64,000 bases of DNA. Origin: Limnochordia bacterium. GTDB lineage: Bacteria > Bacillota > Limnochordia > DTU080 > RSA5. Under the pieces are notes generated by a model. That model was given only the letters and a program-made list of their open reading frames with translations. It was not told the DNA's origin and searched no databases. Position 1 is the first letter of the stretch. Each line of letters starts with the position of its first letter. The stretch covers positions 22,527 to 86,526 of the forward strand of contig JAWLDA010000016.1 in the NCBI GenBank assembly GCA_041686855.1, read 5' to 3'. This document shows, piece by piece, positions 39,098 through 48,605 of this stretch. A program made the translations under genes and the position numbers.

Positions 39098-39997
39098 TCA
39101 CGCCAAGCCTGCCTCCATCCTCATCACGGCGATCCGATCCCGACCAGCCAGATCGGCCACGATTCGGCACTCGGCGAACCCGGCCCGCCGTGCGATTTCT
39201 TGTACCTCGTCGCCTTGACTCGACCCGATCTCTAAACAAAGAAAGCCGTGGGAATGCAAGTGATTTGGGGCCTGGGCCACAAGTCGCTGAACGGTAGCAA
39301 GCCCGTCATCGCCCCCACCGATAAGCGCGACTTGCGGTTCAAAGTCACGCACTTCCGGCTCTAGCGTAACCCATTCTCGCTCGGGAACGTACGGAGGATT
39401 GGATACAATGCCGTCAAAGCGCTCGTTGGCCAGGGGCTCGAGCAAGTCTCCCTGCCGAAACTGAATTCGCTCGAACACCTGGTGGGCCTTGGCGTTCTCT
39501 TGGGCTACGGCGATCGCCGATTCCTCCACATCGGTCGCCACGATCCGGACCGATGGCGCCTCCAGAGCCAAAGAGACGGCGACGGCGCCTGAGCCGGTTC
39601 CGACATCTGCGAGGGTTGATTGAGACTCCGACTCCAACGCCCCGCTCAGCTCCTCAAGGCAGACGTCGACCAACATCTCCGTCTCCGGGCGCGGTATAAG
39701 CACCCGATGGTCCACCGTGAGCGCGACCGAACGAAACTCCCGCCTGCCCACAATGTACGCGACCGGCTCCCGGCGGGCTCTGCGAGCGACGCTCGAGCGA
39801 TACGCGCTCACTTCCGCCGAGAGTAACGGACGATCGTATTGAACGTAAAGTTGGATCCGCTCGAGGTCGAGTACGTGCCCGAGCAACACCTCGGCATCGA
39901 GACGAGGAGTCTCCACACCCGCAGTCTGTAAGTGCTTTGTGGCCAAAGTAATATAATCTAAAACAGTTCGAGGATCCGACATGAGTGCAGCACTCAC
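39098..39997 (-). CDS. prmC: peptide chain release factor N5-glutamine methyltransferase
   Basis: [13 protein letters not shown] motif and SNPPYVP. GTG start overlaps the prfA stop (GTGA). Confidence 0.92.
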   Translation of the reverse strand: MSAALMSDPRTVLDYITLATKHLQTAGVETPRLDAEVLLGHVLDLERIQLYVQYDRPLLSAEVSAYRSSVARRARREPVAYIVGRREFRSVALTVDHRVLIPRPETEMLVDVCLEELSGALESESQSTLADVGTGSGAVAVSLALEAPSVRIVATDVEESAIAVAQENAKAHQVFERIQFRQGDLLEPLANERFDGIVSNPPYVPEREWVTLEPEVRDFEPQVALIGGGDDGLATVQRLVAQAPNHLHSHGFLCLEIGSSQGDEVQEIARRAGFAECRIVADLAGRDRIAVMRMEAGLA

Positions 39998-41067
39998 ATT
40001 TCGTCGAGCCGCTCGGCCCGTTCGTGGTCTGCTAGACTCTGGATTACCTCGTATAGGTCGCCATCCAACACTTCGTCAATCCGGTGGAGCGTGAGACCGA
40101 TGCGGTGGTCAGTGACACGCCCTTGCGGAAAGTTATAGGTGCGGATCCGCTCGCTGCGGTCCCCCGTGCCGACCTGGCCCTTGCGTTCGGCCGCCAACCT
40201 CTCTGCCTGCTCCTGCTGCATCCGGTCGAACAGGCGTGCCCGGAGGATGCGCAACGCCTTATCTTTATTCTTATGCTGGCTCTTCTCGTCTTGACACGAA
40301 ACGACGAGGCCCGTGGGAACATGGGTGATTCGCACAGCTGAGTCCGTCGTGTTGACACTTTGACCGCCCGGCCCGCTCGAACGGTAGACGTCGATCCTCA
40401 GGTCGTTGGGATCAATCTCAATCTCCACCTCTTCGGCTTCGGGTAGGACCGCGACCGTCACCGTCGAGGTGTGAATGCGTCCACTCGCCTCCGTCGCGGG
40501 AACGCGCTGCACGCGGTGGACGCCGCTCTCAAACTTTAACTGGCTGTATGCACCCTGGCCATGAATCATAAAAATAATCTCTTTAAAGCCGCCAAGCTCC
40601 GTCTCGCTGGCGCTTAAAAGCTCGGACTTCCATCCTTCGCGCTCGGCAAAGCGATGGTACATCCGAAAGAGGTCTGCCGCAAACAGAGCTGCTTCGTCGC
40701 CTCCGGCTCCCCCCCGAATCTCAACGATCACATTTTTGTCATCGTTGGGGTCCTTGGGCACCATGAGGTGACGCAAGCGCTCGCTGAGAGCCTCAAGCTC
40801 CGATTGCAACGCCGTGCGCTCCTGCGTCGCCATCTCACGCATCTCTCGATCGAGATCGTCAGCAAGCAACTCCTCCGTCTGAGCCACCTCACGTGATAGG
40901 CGCAGGTACTCCCGGTATCCCTCGGCAATCTCGGAGAGCCCCGCATGCTCTTTGGCAAGCTGCTGGTACCGTTGCTGATTGGCGATCACGGCCGGATCGC
41001 TCAATTCGGTTGTAATCGTATCGTAACGTTCAGCGATCTTCTCCAACTTTTCATCAAACGTTGACAT
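39994..41067 (-). CDS. prfA: peptide chain release factor 1
   Basis: [23 protein letters not shown] (GGQ motif) and RVPATE (PxT-type motif). Confidence 0.97.
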   Translation of the reverse strand: MSTFDEKLEKIAERYDTITTELSDPAVIANQQRYQQLAKEHAGLSEIAEGYREYLRLSREVAQTEELLADDLDREMREMATQERTALQSELEALSERLRHLMVPKDPNDDKNVIVEIRGGAGGDEAALFAADLFRMYHRFAEREGWKSELLSASETELGGFKEIIFMIHGQGAYSQLKFESGVHRVQRVPATEASGRIHTSTVTVAVLPEAEEVEIEIDPNDLRIDVYRSSGPGGQSVNTTDSAVRITHVPTGLVVSCQDEKSQHKNKDKALRILRARLFDRMQQEQAERLAAERKGQVGTGDRSERIRTYNFPQGRVTDHRIGLTLHRIDEVLDGDLYEVIQSLADHERAERLDEM

Positions 41068-41104
41068 ACTCTGCCCCCATCATCCTTCATGGGAAATTCG
41101 CGAA

Positions 41105-42010
41105 CTAGGGCACCACTGCGCCCACTTCCTTGTGTCGCTCCACTGCGTCATGTTGCAGAACAACATCGAGTGAGCGAATCGCCACCTCGATTTGATCGTC
41201 GTCCGGCTCCCGTGTCGTAAGACGCTGGGTCCACATTCCGGGTAACGAGAGGATCCGTACGATCCACGGGGCGTTTTGGCGTCCCGCTAGTCGGATTATC
41301 TCGTATGAAATCCCGGCCACAACCGGAAGGAGCGCCAGGTGAAGCCCGACACGCAACAAGAACGGAGGCCGTCCAAAGAAACTGAAGACGAAGATACTGA
41401 CCAGTAGGACGAAAATTATGAAGCTCGTCCCGCACCGTCGGTGAATCAACGTGTGCCTACGCACTTGCTCCACGGTGAGCGGATCTCCCGCTTCCAGGCA
41501 GTTGATCGCCTTGTGCTCGGCGCCATGGTACTGGAAGACTCGCCGGATATCTTTCATCGCCGAGATTGCAAGAATGTAAGCCACAAACACGGTAATCTTG
41601 AATCCGCCCTCGATCATGTTGAGCAGTACGTTGCTGGAGATATACTCCTGAACGAAATTGAGAAAGTAGGCCGGCAGTACCACAAAGAGACCGACGGTGA
41701 GCAGCAATGCTACTCCCATTGTCAAAGCGATCTCCTTGGCGCCCAGCTCCTCTTCTTCCTCCTCAGCAAATTGGCTCGCCGAGTAGTTGAGAGCTCGAAT
41801 GCCGATCACCATGGCTTCGATCAACGCGACCACTCCGCGCACGAGCGGCCATTTCAAGAACGGAAAGCGCGCCGTGATTGAGTTGAGTCGATCCTCGCGT
41901 ACCACGACGTCTCCGGATTGCTTACGTACGGCAATTGCCATGGAGTTGCGTCCCCGCATCATGACGCCCTCGATCACGGCCTGTCCACCGTAGAAAAAGT
42001 TATCCGCCAT
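41105..42010 (-). CDS. DUF1385-domain membrane protein
   Basis: MADNFFYGGQAVIEGVMMRG.. and YHGAEHKAIN motifs. Commonly found next to prfA. Confidence 0.85.
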   Translation of the reverse strand: MADNFFYGGQAVIEGVMMRGRNSMAIAVRKQSGDVVVREDRLNSITARFPFLKWPLVRGVVALIEAMVIGIRALNYSASQFAEEEEEELGAKEIALTMGVALLLTVGLFVVLPAYFLNFVQEYISSNVLLNMIEGGFKITVFVAYILAISAMKDIRRVFQYHGAEHKAINCLEAGDPLTVEQVRRHTLIHRRCGTSFIIFVLLVSIFVFSFFGRPPFLLRVGLHLALLPVVAGISYEIIRLAGRQNAPWIVRILSLPGMWTQRLTTREPDDDQIEVAIRSLDVVLQHDAVERHKEVGAVVP

Positions 42011-42081
42011 CGTTTCACCCCTACGTGAATAGCGTCATGCCCAACCTGGGTCTCCTCACGCTTCCAAGCAATAGGCACGCT

Positions 42082-43374
42082 TTATTGTACCACGTTCCCA
42101 TCGGCTCGGAAACGCTCGACGCGGGCGGCCAAGGGGCGGGCGATCTCGGCGACCAGGCACACTCCGCTGTCGTCAAACTCCTCGCGCAGGACCCGTCCGT
42201 GTTTGTGAATCCACGAAGCGACGTGAGCCTCAGGGTAAGGCACCTTAAACTCCCAACGCACGATCGGGTCAGGCGCCGCGTCTTCGATTGCGCGCAACAA
42301 TGTGCCGACGCCTTCGCCGGTGAGCGCGGAGACCGCCACCGCGTTAGCAACGCGGCCAAGTAATCCCACCACGTTCCCTTCATCTGAACAGTCGATCTTG
42401 TTGAGCGCTGTCACCACAGGCTTCTCGGCGGCGCCCAGTTGGCCCAAGACGTCAAAGACCGCCCGCCCCCGCTCATACCAGTCCGGCGCCGAGACGTCCA
42501 CGACGTGGACGAGGACATCAGCTTCGGTGATCTCCTCAAGCGTGGCGCGGAAAGCCGCTACTAAGTCGTGCGGGAGTTTGCGGATGAAGCCGACAGAATC
42601 GATGAGCAGCGCCTTTCGCCCCCGCGGCAGCTCGACGTGGCGTGTCGTCGGATCCAGCGTGGCAAACAGACGATCGTCGGCGTAAACTCCCGCGCCGGTT
42701 AACCGGTTAAAGAGGGTCGATTTGCCGGCGTTGGTGTAACCGACCAAAGCTACGGTGGTCGCCAAAGCGGACTCTCTACCATCGCGCTGCAACGCTCTTT
42801 GCCGTTGTACTCGCGCCAACTCACGCCTTAGATCGGACATGCGCTTTCGAATGCGTCGCCGATCGACTTCGAGCTTTGTCTCACCGGGTCCCCGTGTCCC
42901 AATTCCACCGCCCAAGCGTGAGAGCGTTGCACCTACTCCACTCAATCGAGGCAGAAAGTAACGGAGTTGCGCCATCTCGACTTGAATCTTGCCCTCTTTG
43001 GTTTGGGCTCGTTGCGCGAAGATGTCGAGGATGAGCTGAGTTCGATCGACGACGCGCACGTCCAAAATGCGCTCTAGATTGCGAGCCTGTGCCGGCGATA
43101 ACTCATCGTCGACGATGACCAGCGAGGCGTCGAGCGCAGTGCATAGTTGCACAATCTCCTCGACTTTGCCACTACCCACATACGTAGCCGGATTGGGTTT
43201 GGCCCGGGCCTGGACGACGCGAGCCACTTCAACGGCGCCCGCGCTCTCGGCCAAACTAGCCAGTTCGTTCAGACTCTCTTCGATCGGAAAATCCCATGCC
43301 TCCGGCGAATCAAGACCAACCAAGATACACCGGTCGTCCATCGCCTGCTGTTGATTCGAGCCGTTTTCCGCCAC
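42082..43374 (-). CDS. hflX: GTPase HflX
   Basis: HflX N-domain followed by a G-domain (VGYTNAGKSTLFNRLT, DSVGFI, NKID). Confidence 0.92.
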   Translation of the reverse strand: MAENGSNQQQAMDDRCILVGLDSPEAWDFPIEESLNELASLAESAGAVEVARVVQARAKPNPATYVGSGKVEEIVQLCTALDASLVIVDDELSPAQARNLERILDVRVVDRTQLILDIFAQRAQTKEGKIQVEMAQLRYFLPRLSGVGATLSRLGGGIGTRGPGETKLEVDRRRIRKRMSDLRRELARVQRQRALQRDGRESALATTVALVGYTNAGKSTLFNRLTGAGVYADDRLFATLDPTTRHVELPRGRKALLIDSVGFIRKLPHDLVAAFRATLEEITEADVLVHVVDVSAPDWYERGRAVFDVLGQLGAAEKPVVTALNKIDCSDEGNVVGLLGRVANAVAVSALTGEGVGTLLRAIEDAAPDPIVRWEFKVPYPEAHVASWIHKHGRVLREEFDDSGVCLVAEIARPLAARVERFRADGNVVQ

Positions 43375-43506
43375 GCATTAACGCCTCCATGCACAAATTG
43401 CTACGCTATCACAGGGAAACTGCCCCCGTTACCAGAATCAGTTCTGCATCATCTACCATTCCCATTCCCGTGTCGATGACACGGCGCTTTGGTGGGAGGG
43501 CAGCCC

Positions 43507-44652
43507 GTGCGCACCATCGTTCACGTCGATTTGGACGCGTTTTTCGCAGCCGTAGAGGCACTACGACGTCCCGAGTACCGTGGAAAGCCCTTGGTGGTCG
43601 GAGGTGACCCCAATGGCGGGCGAGGCGTGGTCGCAACGTGCTCGTACGAGGCGCGCGCCTATGGGATTCGCTCGGCCATGCCAATTCGAGAAGCCAAGCG
43701 GCGATGCCCACACGCCATCTTCGTCAGGCCGGATATGAAGACCTATGCGAAGTATAGCGGGCTCTTTCACGAGCTTTTGTCCTCCCTCTCACCACGCGTC
43801 GAGCCGCTCTCCGTCGACGAGGCGTTCGTCGACATGACCGGTTGCGAGCACTTCTACTCTTCACCACATGCAATGGCCGCAACTATCAAGAGGCGGATTG
43901 AGGAGGCGTGCCATCTCACGGCCTCCGTAGGTGTTGCGCCCAACAAGCTCCTTGCCAAGCTGGCGTCAGACTCTCAGAAACCCGACGGTTTAGTCGTCAT
44001 CGAAGCAGCGAAGGCGCAGGCGTTTCTAGATCCCCTGCCCATTGAGCGCCTCTGGGGCATCGGGCCTAAGACTGCTGAACACCTTCGCATGCTGGGTATT
44101 AACCACGTTCGCGACGCGCGCGCCCGCACACCTCAGTGGCTCGCGGCCCATATCGGACGACGAGCGGCGGCGCACCTGCATCGGCTCTCTCAAGGTATCG
44201 ACGAGCGCTTGGTGGAGCCTCCATCGGCAGCCAAGTCGATTAGCAAAGAGACCACCTTCGACCAAGACGTGACTGATCCCCAGGTGATACGGCAAACCTT
44301 CGCGCGCCTAGTCGCAGACGTGGGCGTACGACTTCGCCATAGCGGTCTCTGGGCTCACAAGGCGACGCTCAAGATACGCTTCCCCGACTTCACGACAATG
44401 ACCCGACAACAAAGCTTTACGACATCGGTCGACGACGATGACTCAATTTATCGTGCGGTGCGAAAAATGTGGTCTTCATTTAACGTACAAGAAGCGGTAC
44501 GCCTTGTAGGCGTTGGAGTGGGCGACCTCCATGCGATGAAACAGGAGTCCCTCTTTGAAAGTGACAGGCGCGTCGATCGTTTGAGCCAAGCGATTGATGA
44601 AGTGAATCGACGGCTTGGGGACCGGGCGCTGTACCGCGGCCGCGAATTGTGA
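43507..44652 (+). CDS. dinB: DNA polymerase IV (Y-family)
   Basis: IVHVDLDAFFAAVE.., SVDEAF. GTG at 43507 follows GGGAGGG. The track ORF starts at 43489. Confidence 0.92.
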   Translation: MRTIVHVDLDAFFAAVEALRRPEYRGKPLVVGGDPNGGRGVVATCSYEARAYGIRSAMPIREAKRRCPHAIFVRPDMKTYAKYSGLFHELLSSLSPRVEPLSVDEAFVDMTGCEHFYSSPHAMAATIKRRIEEACHLTASVGVAPNKLLAKLASDSQKPDGLVVIEAAKAQAFLDPLPIERLWGIGPKTAEHLRMLGINHVRDARARTPQWLAAHIGRRAAAHLHRLSQGIDERLVEPPSAAKSISKETTFDQDVTDPQVIRQTFARLVADVGVRLRHSGLWAHKATLKIRFPDFTTMTRQQSFTTSVDDDDSIYRAVRKMWSSFNVQEAVRLVGVGVGDLHAMKQESLFESDRRVDRLSQAIDEVNRRLGDRALYRGREL

Positions 44653-44664
44653 CAAACAAACTAA

Positions 44665-44695
44665 GCCCTCGGCGACCACGTACGTCGCCGAGGGC
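44665..44695. terminator. bidirectional hairpin between convergent dinB and codY
   Basis: GCCCTCGGCGAC cacgtac GTCGCCGAGGGC forms a perfect 12-bp stem. The minus-strand side is followed by TTAGTTTGTTTG. Confidence 0.6.
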
Positions 44696-44732
44696 CAACG
44701 GGATGGACTGAAGAGGTGCGTTAAGCTTGCAG

Positions 44733-45533
44733 TTAAGCCCGCTTCCTCAACATATCCGAAGTGTCGCGCAGGTAAGGGTAGCGCTGGCGATCAAGTTCGT
44801 TGCGGATCTCTGGATTCAAAATCCGCAAGTAGGTCCCCTTCATTCCGAGCGAACGGGACTCGATAACGTCTGCCGACGCCAACTTACGCAACGCATTCAC
44901 GACGACCGAGCGAGTGATACCCGCCTGGTCGGCAATGCGAGAAGCAACCAAAACGCCCTCGTCGCCCTCAAGTTCGTCGAAGATGTTTTGCATCGCTCGA
45001 ATCTCGGAGTACGAAAGGCTGTTGATCGCCGAACGAGCCATGCGCTTGCCGACGGCCTCGTCTTCTTCTTCCTCGTCCAGAGCGTGCACGATCACCATCC
45101 CAACGATGGTGGCCGCGTACTCCAAGAGGATCCAATCGTCCTCCGGGAAATCGTCTCCGACTCCGATGACCATGACCGTACCCACTCGTCGTCCCGAACC
45201 GACTGCCGGAGCTACCAACGAAGGACGGTACCCCGTCAACTTGGCCGCCTCAGCTCCGCTGGAGAGCGCCCCAACCTTGAGGAGGGCAGAGGAGAGGTCT
45301 TCGGAGACCTGGCCCGCTTCGAGCCACCGTGCATCAAAGTCGGACTGCGGGAACTCCCCGTCCAGCGAATCACCGAGAATCTTACCCTTCCGGGAGATCA
45401 CGTAAACCTCGGCCGCCGAGTCGATTACATCGGCCAAGGTCTTCGCAAGGTCGGAGAACGAGATCGATTCACCCTCCCGTTGGAGCAGTTCTGTGATTTT
45501 GTTCACTTTCCGAAACAGCATGAAACGCGTCAT
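44733..45533 (-). CDS. codY: GTP/BCAA-sensing pleiotropic repressor CodY
   Basis: GAF-like N-domain and a C-terminal wHTH (ASRIADQAGITRSVVVNALRKLASADVIESRSLGMKGTYLRIL). Start is ATG 45533 or 45521. The track ORF extends to 45596. Confidence 0.92.
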   Translation of the reverse strand: MTRFMLFRKVNKITELLQREGESISFSDLAKTLADVIDSAAEVYVISRKGKILGDSLDGEFPQSDFDARWLEAGQVSEDLSSALLKVGALSSGAEAAKLTGYRPSLVAPAVGSGRRVGTVMVIGVGDDFPEDDWILLEYAATIVGMVIVHALDEEEEDEAVGKRMARSAINSLSYSEIRAMQNIFDELEGDEGVLVASRIADQAGITRSVVVNALRKLASADVIESRSLGMKGTYLRILNPEIRNELDRQRYPYLRDTSDMLRKRA

Positions 45534-45726
45534 CCTTTCATTTCCCCGCGCTTGACCGAAGTCCAAGGCATCCGTGAATCCTTGGCTTCCGGCCACATGG
45601 TTGAGCAGCTATCTCGTCGGCACGCGCCGTTTGAAAAATCTGTGCCAATGGTTCCTGTCGCAACTTGGCGACAATTGACCACAGGTGAGGCTCGTCCTCG
45701 ACGCCCCCCTACTCGTCATCGTTATC

Positions 45727-45755
45727 ATTGTACATCGACCGACGTCCAAGTGCAA
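45727..45755 (-). promoter_or_regulatory. sigma-A-type promoter for codY
   Basis: On the minus strand: TTGCAC, 17 nt, TACAAT. It lies about 190 nt upstream of the codY start. Confidence 0.5.
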
Positions 45756-45781
45756 CACCCTAGAGCAGGTGTTCTATACCC

Positions 45782-45810
45782 TTGACAAGTTACAATCTCG
45801 ATGGTAGGAT
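45782..45810 (+). promoter_or_regulatory. sigma-A-type promoter for tRNA-Leu
   Basis: TTGACA, 17 nt, TAGGAT with a TGn extension. It lies about 20 nt upstream of the mature tRNA 5' end. Confidence 0.6.
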
Positions 45811-45830
45811 GGTGGAGTAAATTCGCGGAC

Positions 45831-45918
<88 letters not shown>

Positions 45919-45951
45919 ACCAAGTCGGGATCCGCGCTGGGCGGTCCCAAG

Positions 45952-45990
45952 CGCCTCTGTGGATGACTTCCGCAGGGGCGTTTTTTGTGT
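45952..45990 (+). terminator. intrinsic terminator after tRNA-Leu
   Basis: CGCCTCTG ...13 nt... CAGGGGCG forms an 8-bp stem (one G-U pair), followed by TTTTTTGTGTT. Confidence 0.6.
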
Positions 45991-45992
45991 TC

Positions 45993-46014
45993 GCATTTGC
46001 CCTGCATTTGCCCT
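45993..46014 (+). repeat. perfect tandem duplication of an 11-mer (GCATTTGCCCT x2) upstream of ppa
   Basis: Read directly: 45993..46003 is identical to 46004..46014. Confidence 0.7.
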
Positions 46015-46063
46015 TTAGTTAAGGCACTTCATTTGCACCACTACAGGAGGCCCAAAACCAGCA

Positions 46064-46567
46064 ATGCCCGAGACGTTAGACGCACTGATCGAGATCCCGG
46101 AAGGCAGCCGTAACAAATACGAGTACGACCGTAAGACCGGCCGCATTTACTTCGATCGCATGCTCTTCTCCTCGATTCGTTATCCCGCGAATTACGGCCT
46201 TATCCCTGAGACTCTGGCCCTCGACGGCGACGAGCTCGACATCCTTGTCGTCACGAGTGAGCCGGTCTTCCCGGGCTGTTATGTCGAGTGCCGACCTGTT
46301 GGCGGTTTGGAGATGTGGGATGAGAAAGGTCCGGACGAGAAGATCCTTGCAGTACCGATCGGCGAACCACGCTGGCGCGCTATCACGTCACACACCCAGT
46401 TACCGGCGCATATGTTGGACGAGATCGAGCATTTTTTTAAGCGTTACAAAGAGCTCGAACAGAAAGAGACAGGCGTCGGCGGTTGGCATGACGTCGAGTG
46501 GGCGGTCGAAGTGATACAAGCAGCTCGGCAACGCTTTAAGACGAAGGGAAGTCCGATTCGTCGATAG
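46064..46567 (+). CDS. ppa: inorganic pyrophosphatase (family I)
   Basis: IEIPEGSRNKYEYD.., YPANYGLIPETL..DGDELD. Confidence 0.95.
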   Translation: MPETLDALIEIPEGSRNKYEYDRKTGRIYFDRMLFSSIRYPANYGLIPETLALDGDELDILVVTSEPVFPGCYVECRPVGGLEMWDEKGPDEKILAVPIGEPRWRAITSHTQLPAHMLDEIEHFFKRYKELEQKETGVGGWHDVEWAVEVIQAARQRFKTKGSPIRR

Positions 46568-46686
46568 GCCATTGACGCCGTTTGGGCGCAACGTCGTGTG
46601 CAAAAAGGAATCAGGCGAGAATGGCGGAATTCCTAAAACATGGAGGTCGTGTGTTTCTCTCGCATGCATTTAAAGGGGGTTATCGC

Positions 46687-47007
46687 GTGAAGTTGATCCT
46701 GGCCGTGGTTGAAGACGACGACGCAGCCCGCCTGATGGACGCCCTGATTGAGAGCGATTTCTCCGCCACCAAATTGGCCAGCACAGGAGGTTTCCTCTTG
46801 CGCGGCAACACCACGCTCCTAATTGGCGTCGAAGACGAGAGAGTCCAACATGTCCTGGATATCGTCGAATCAACGTGTGTTCGCAGAAAAAAACTGCTTC
46901 CACAAGCCTCGTCCGAGATTCCCACGTCCATGAGCCTGCCCATCGAGGTCGAGTCCGGAGGCGCCACGATCTTTGTCCTCACGGTGGACCAGTTCCATAA
47001 AGTTTAA
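46687..47007 (+). CDS. darA: PII-like cyclic-di-AMP receptor DarA/PstA (YaaQ family)
   Basis: VKLILAVVEDDDAARLMDALIESDFSATKLASTGGFLLRGNTTLLIGVED...GGATIFVLTVDQFHKV, collinear with B. subtilis YaaQ (from memory). GTG at 46687 follows AAGGGGG. The track ORF from 46582 is over-extended. Confidence 0.85.
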   Translation: MKLILAVVEDDDAARLMDALIESDFSATKLASTGGFLLRGNTTLLIGVEDERVQHVLDIVESTCVRRKKLLPQASSEIPTSMSLPIEVESGGATIFVLTVDQFHKV

Positions 47008-47489
47008 ATTTCCGAGTACTTCGTGACGCTTTGTTCCTCACCGATGCGTTCCAACAACTTACGCACCGGAAGCGAGCCCAACTCTGCGTTGGGCTCGAGC
47101 TCCAACAAAGGCACGAGCACAAAGGCCCGTTCGTGAGCCCGAGGATGAGGCAACGTCAACTCCTCCGAATTCTGTACGACACCTTCCATCGCGACAATGT
47201 CAATGTCGAGCGTGCGCGGACCCCATCTGATCGTGCGCGTACGCCCACTCTTCGCCTCGATTGTTTGGCAAAGGCGGAGCAACTCTAAGGGCGTCAACGC
47301 TGTCTGACACGCGACAACCATATTGAGAAATGGCGCCTGATCAGTGAGACCGACGGGCGCCGTCTCATACACCGACGAGGTACGCAAGCTCTGAACACTT
47401 CCGGAGGTCTGGAGTGACAGGACGGCGGCGCGTAGATACGCGAGTCGATCCCCCTGATTGGATCCAAGGCTCAAGAAAACTCTCCTCAT
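47004..47489 (-). CDS. folK: 2-amino-4-hydroxy-6-hydroxymethyldihydropteridine diphosphokinase
   Basis: VFLSLGSNQGDR.., RWGPRTLDIDI. ATG at 47489 overlaps the folP stop (ATGA). Confidence 0.9.
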   Translation of the reverse strand: MRRVFLSLGSNQGDRLAYLRAAVLSLQTSGSVQSLRTSSVYETAPVGLTDQAPFLNMVVACQTALTPLELLRLCQTIEAKSGRTRTIRWGPRTLDIDIVAMEGVVQNSEELTLPHPRAHERAFVLVPLLELEPNAELGSLPVRKLLERIGEEQSVTKYSEI

Positions 47490-48586
47490 CGGCTCCCAAC
47501 CCACCTGCCGCGCACGACAGCGTCCGTCATCAGTGCGACGCGCCGCATCGCTCGCACATCGTGAACTCGGACCGCATCCGCTCCGTTGGCAATGGCGAGA
47601 GCTACGGTCGCAGCCGTACCCTCTAACCGCTCCGTCACACCAAGGTTAAGCACCTGTCCGATCATTGACTTGTTGGAGGTGCCGACGAGAATGGGAAACC
47701 CAAGGGATCGCAAGGAGCGCAGTTGGGAGAGGAGACTCAAATTGTGTTCGAGGGTTTTGCCAAAACCTATGCCCGGATCAATCCAAATGCGCTCCTCCAT
47801 CACTCCGGCATCGAGCGCCGCCTCACAGCTTTTAGAAAGGTACTCGCGCACTTCCCTCACGACATCCTCGTATCGAGGATTCCTTTGCATGTCACGGGGC
47901 GTACCCCTCGTATGCATCAAGACAGCGGCGGCCCCACCGGCGGCAATAGTCTCTGCCATTCGCGGATCGAACTGAAGGCCCGAGATGTCGTTGACGATCG
48001 TGGCTCCAGCCTTGATCGCCGCGTCGGCGACCGCCGCTTTATATGTATCAATGGAGATTTTAACGTCCACTTCCGCTGCGAGGGCTCGGATTACCGGCAC
48101 TACTCGCCGCAGCTCCTCGTCAAGGGGAACAGGGTCCGCGTTAGGCCGCGTGGATTCGCCGCCAACATCGATGATATCGGCCCCCTCTTCGACCATTCGC
48201 ATCGCCTGCTGCACAGCCTGCTCGACTTGAGTGTAACGTCCCCCGTCGTAAAAAGAGTCCGGGGTGACATTAAGGACGCCCATCACCAAGGTCCGGGAAA
48301 CATCTGATTGCAAGACCCGCGTCATACCGGTCAACCCTAAGGTCTGCGCTAGCGCACGGCGATGCGCCTCATACTGCCTCGGAATCCGCTGGAGAGCCGA
48401 ACGGAAGCTTTCGAGAGGACCCACCCATACAGGGCCGTCGTTCCAAAGGCCCTCACAGCCGAGAATGTGAAGGAGAGGCTGCGGAAAGGCGTCGACCGCT
48501 ACGGCGACCACCCGCCTGTACGAATCGCCTTGGGTATCGAAGCGTAGCTCGACTCGGACATCTGTAGAGTCTTCCGACTCCGGCAT
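47486..48586 (-). CDS. folP: dihydropteroate synthase with an N-terminal extension of about 100 aa
   Basis: The DHPS core begins at LVMGVLNVTPDSFYDGG and includes DVGGESTRP. ATG at 48586 follows GGAGGGA. The N-terminal segment VRVELRFDTQGDSYRRVVAVAVDAF... was not recognised. Confidence 0.88.
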   Translation of the reverse strand: MPESEDSTDVRVELRFDTQGDSYRRVVAVAVDAFPQPLLHILGCEGLWNDGPVWVGPLESFRSALQRIPRQYEAHRRALAQTLGLTGMTRVLQSDVSRTLVMGVLNVTPDSFYDGGRYTQVEQAVQQAMRMVEEGADIIDVGGESTRPNADPVPLDEELRRVVPVIRALAAEVDVKISIDTYKAAVADAAIKAGATIVNDISGLQFDPRMAETIAAGGAAAVLMHTRGTPRDMQRNPRYEDVVREVREYLSKSCEAALDAGVMEERIWIDPGIGFGKTLEHNLSLLSQLRSLRSLGFPILVGTSNKSMIGQVLNLGVTERLEGTAATVALAIANGADAVRVHDVRAMRRVALMTDAVVRGRWVGSR

Positions 48587-48605
48587 CGATGATCCCTCCA
48601 AACAC

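Noticed and set aside
45620-45660. CodY box (AATTTTCWGAAAATT) in the codY leader
   Set aside because: CAGATTTTTCAAACG matches roughly half of the consensus positions, which is not distinguishable from chance in an A/T-rich patch.
44727-45785. 352-aa plus-strand ORF opposite codY
   Set aside because: CodY on the minus strand is unmistakable. This is its shadow extended into the leader.
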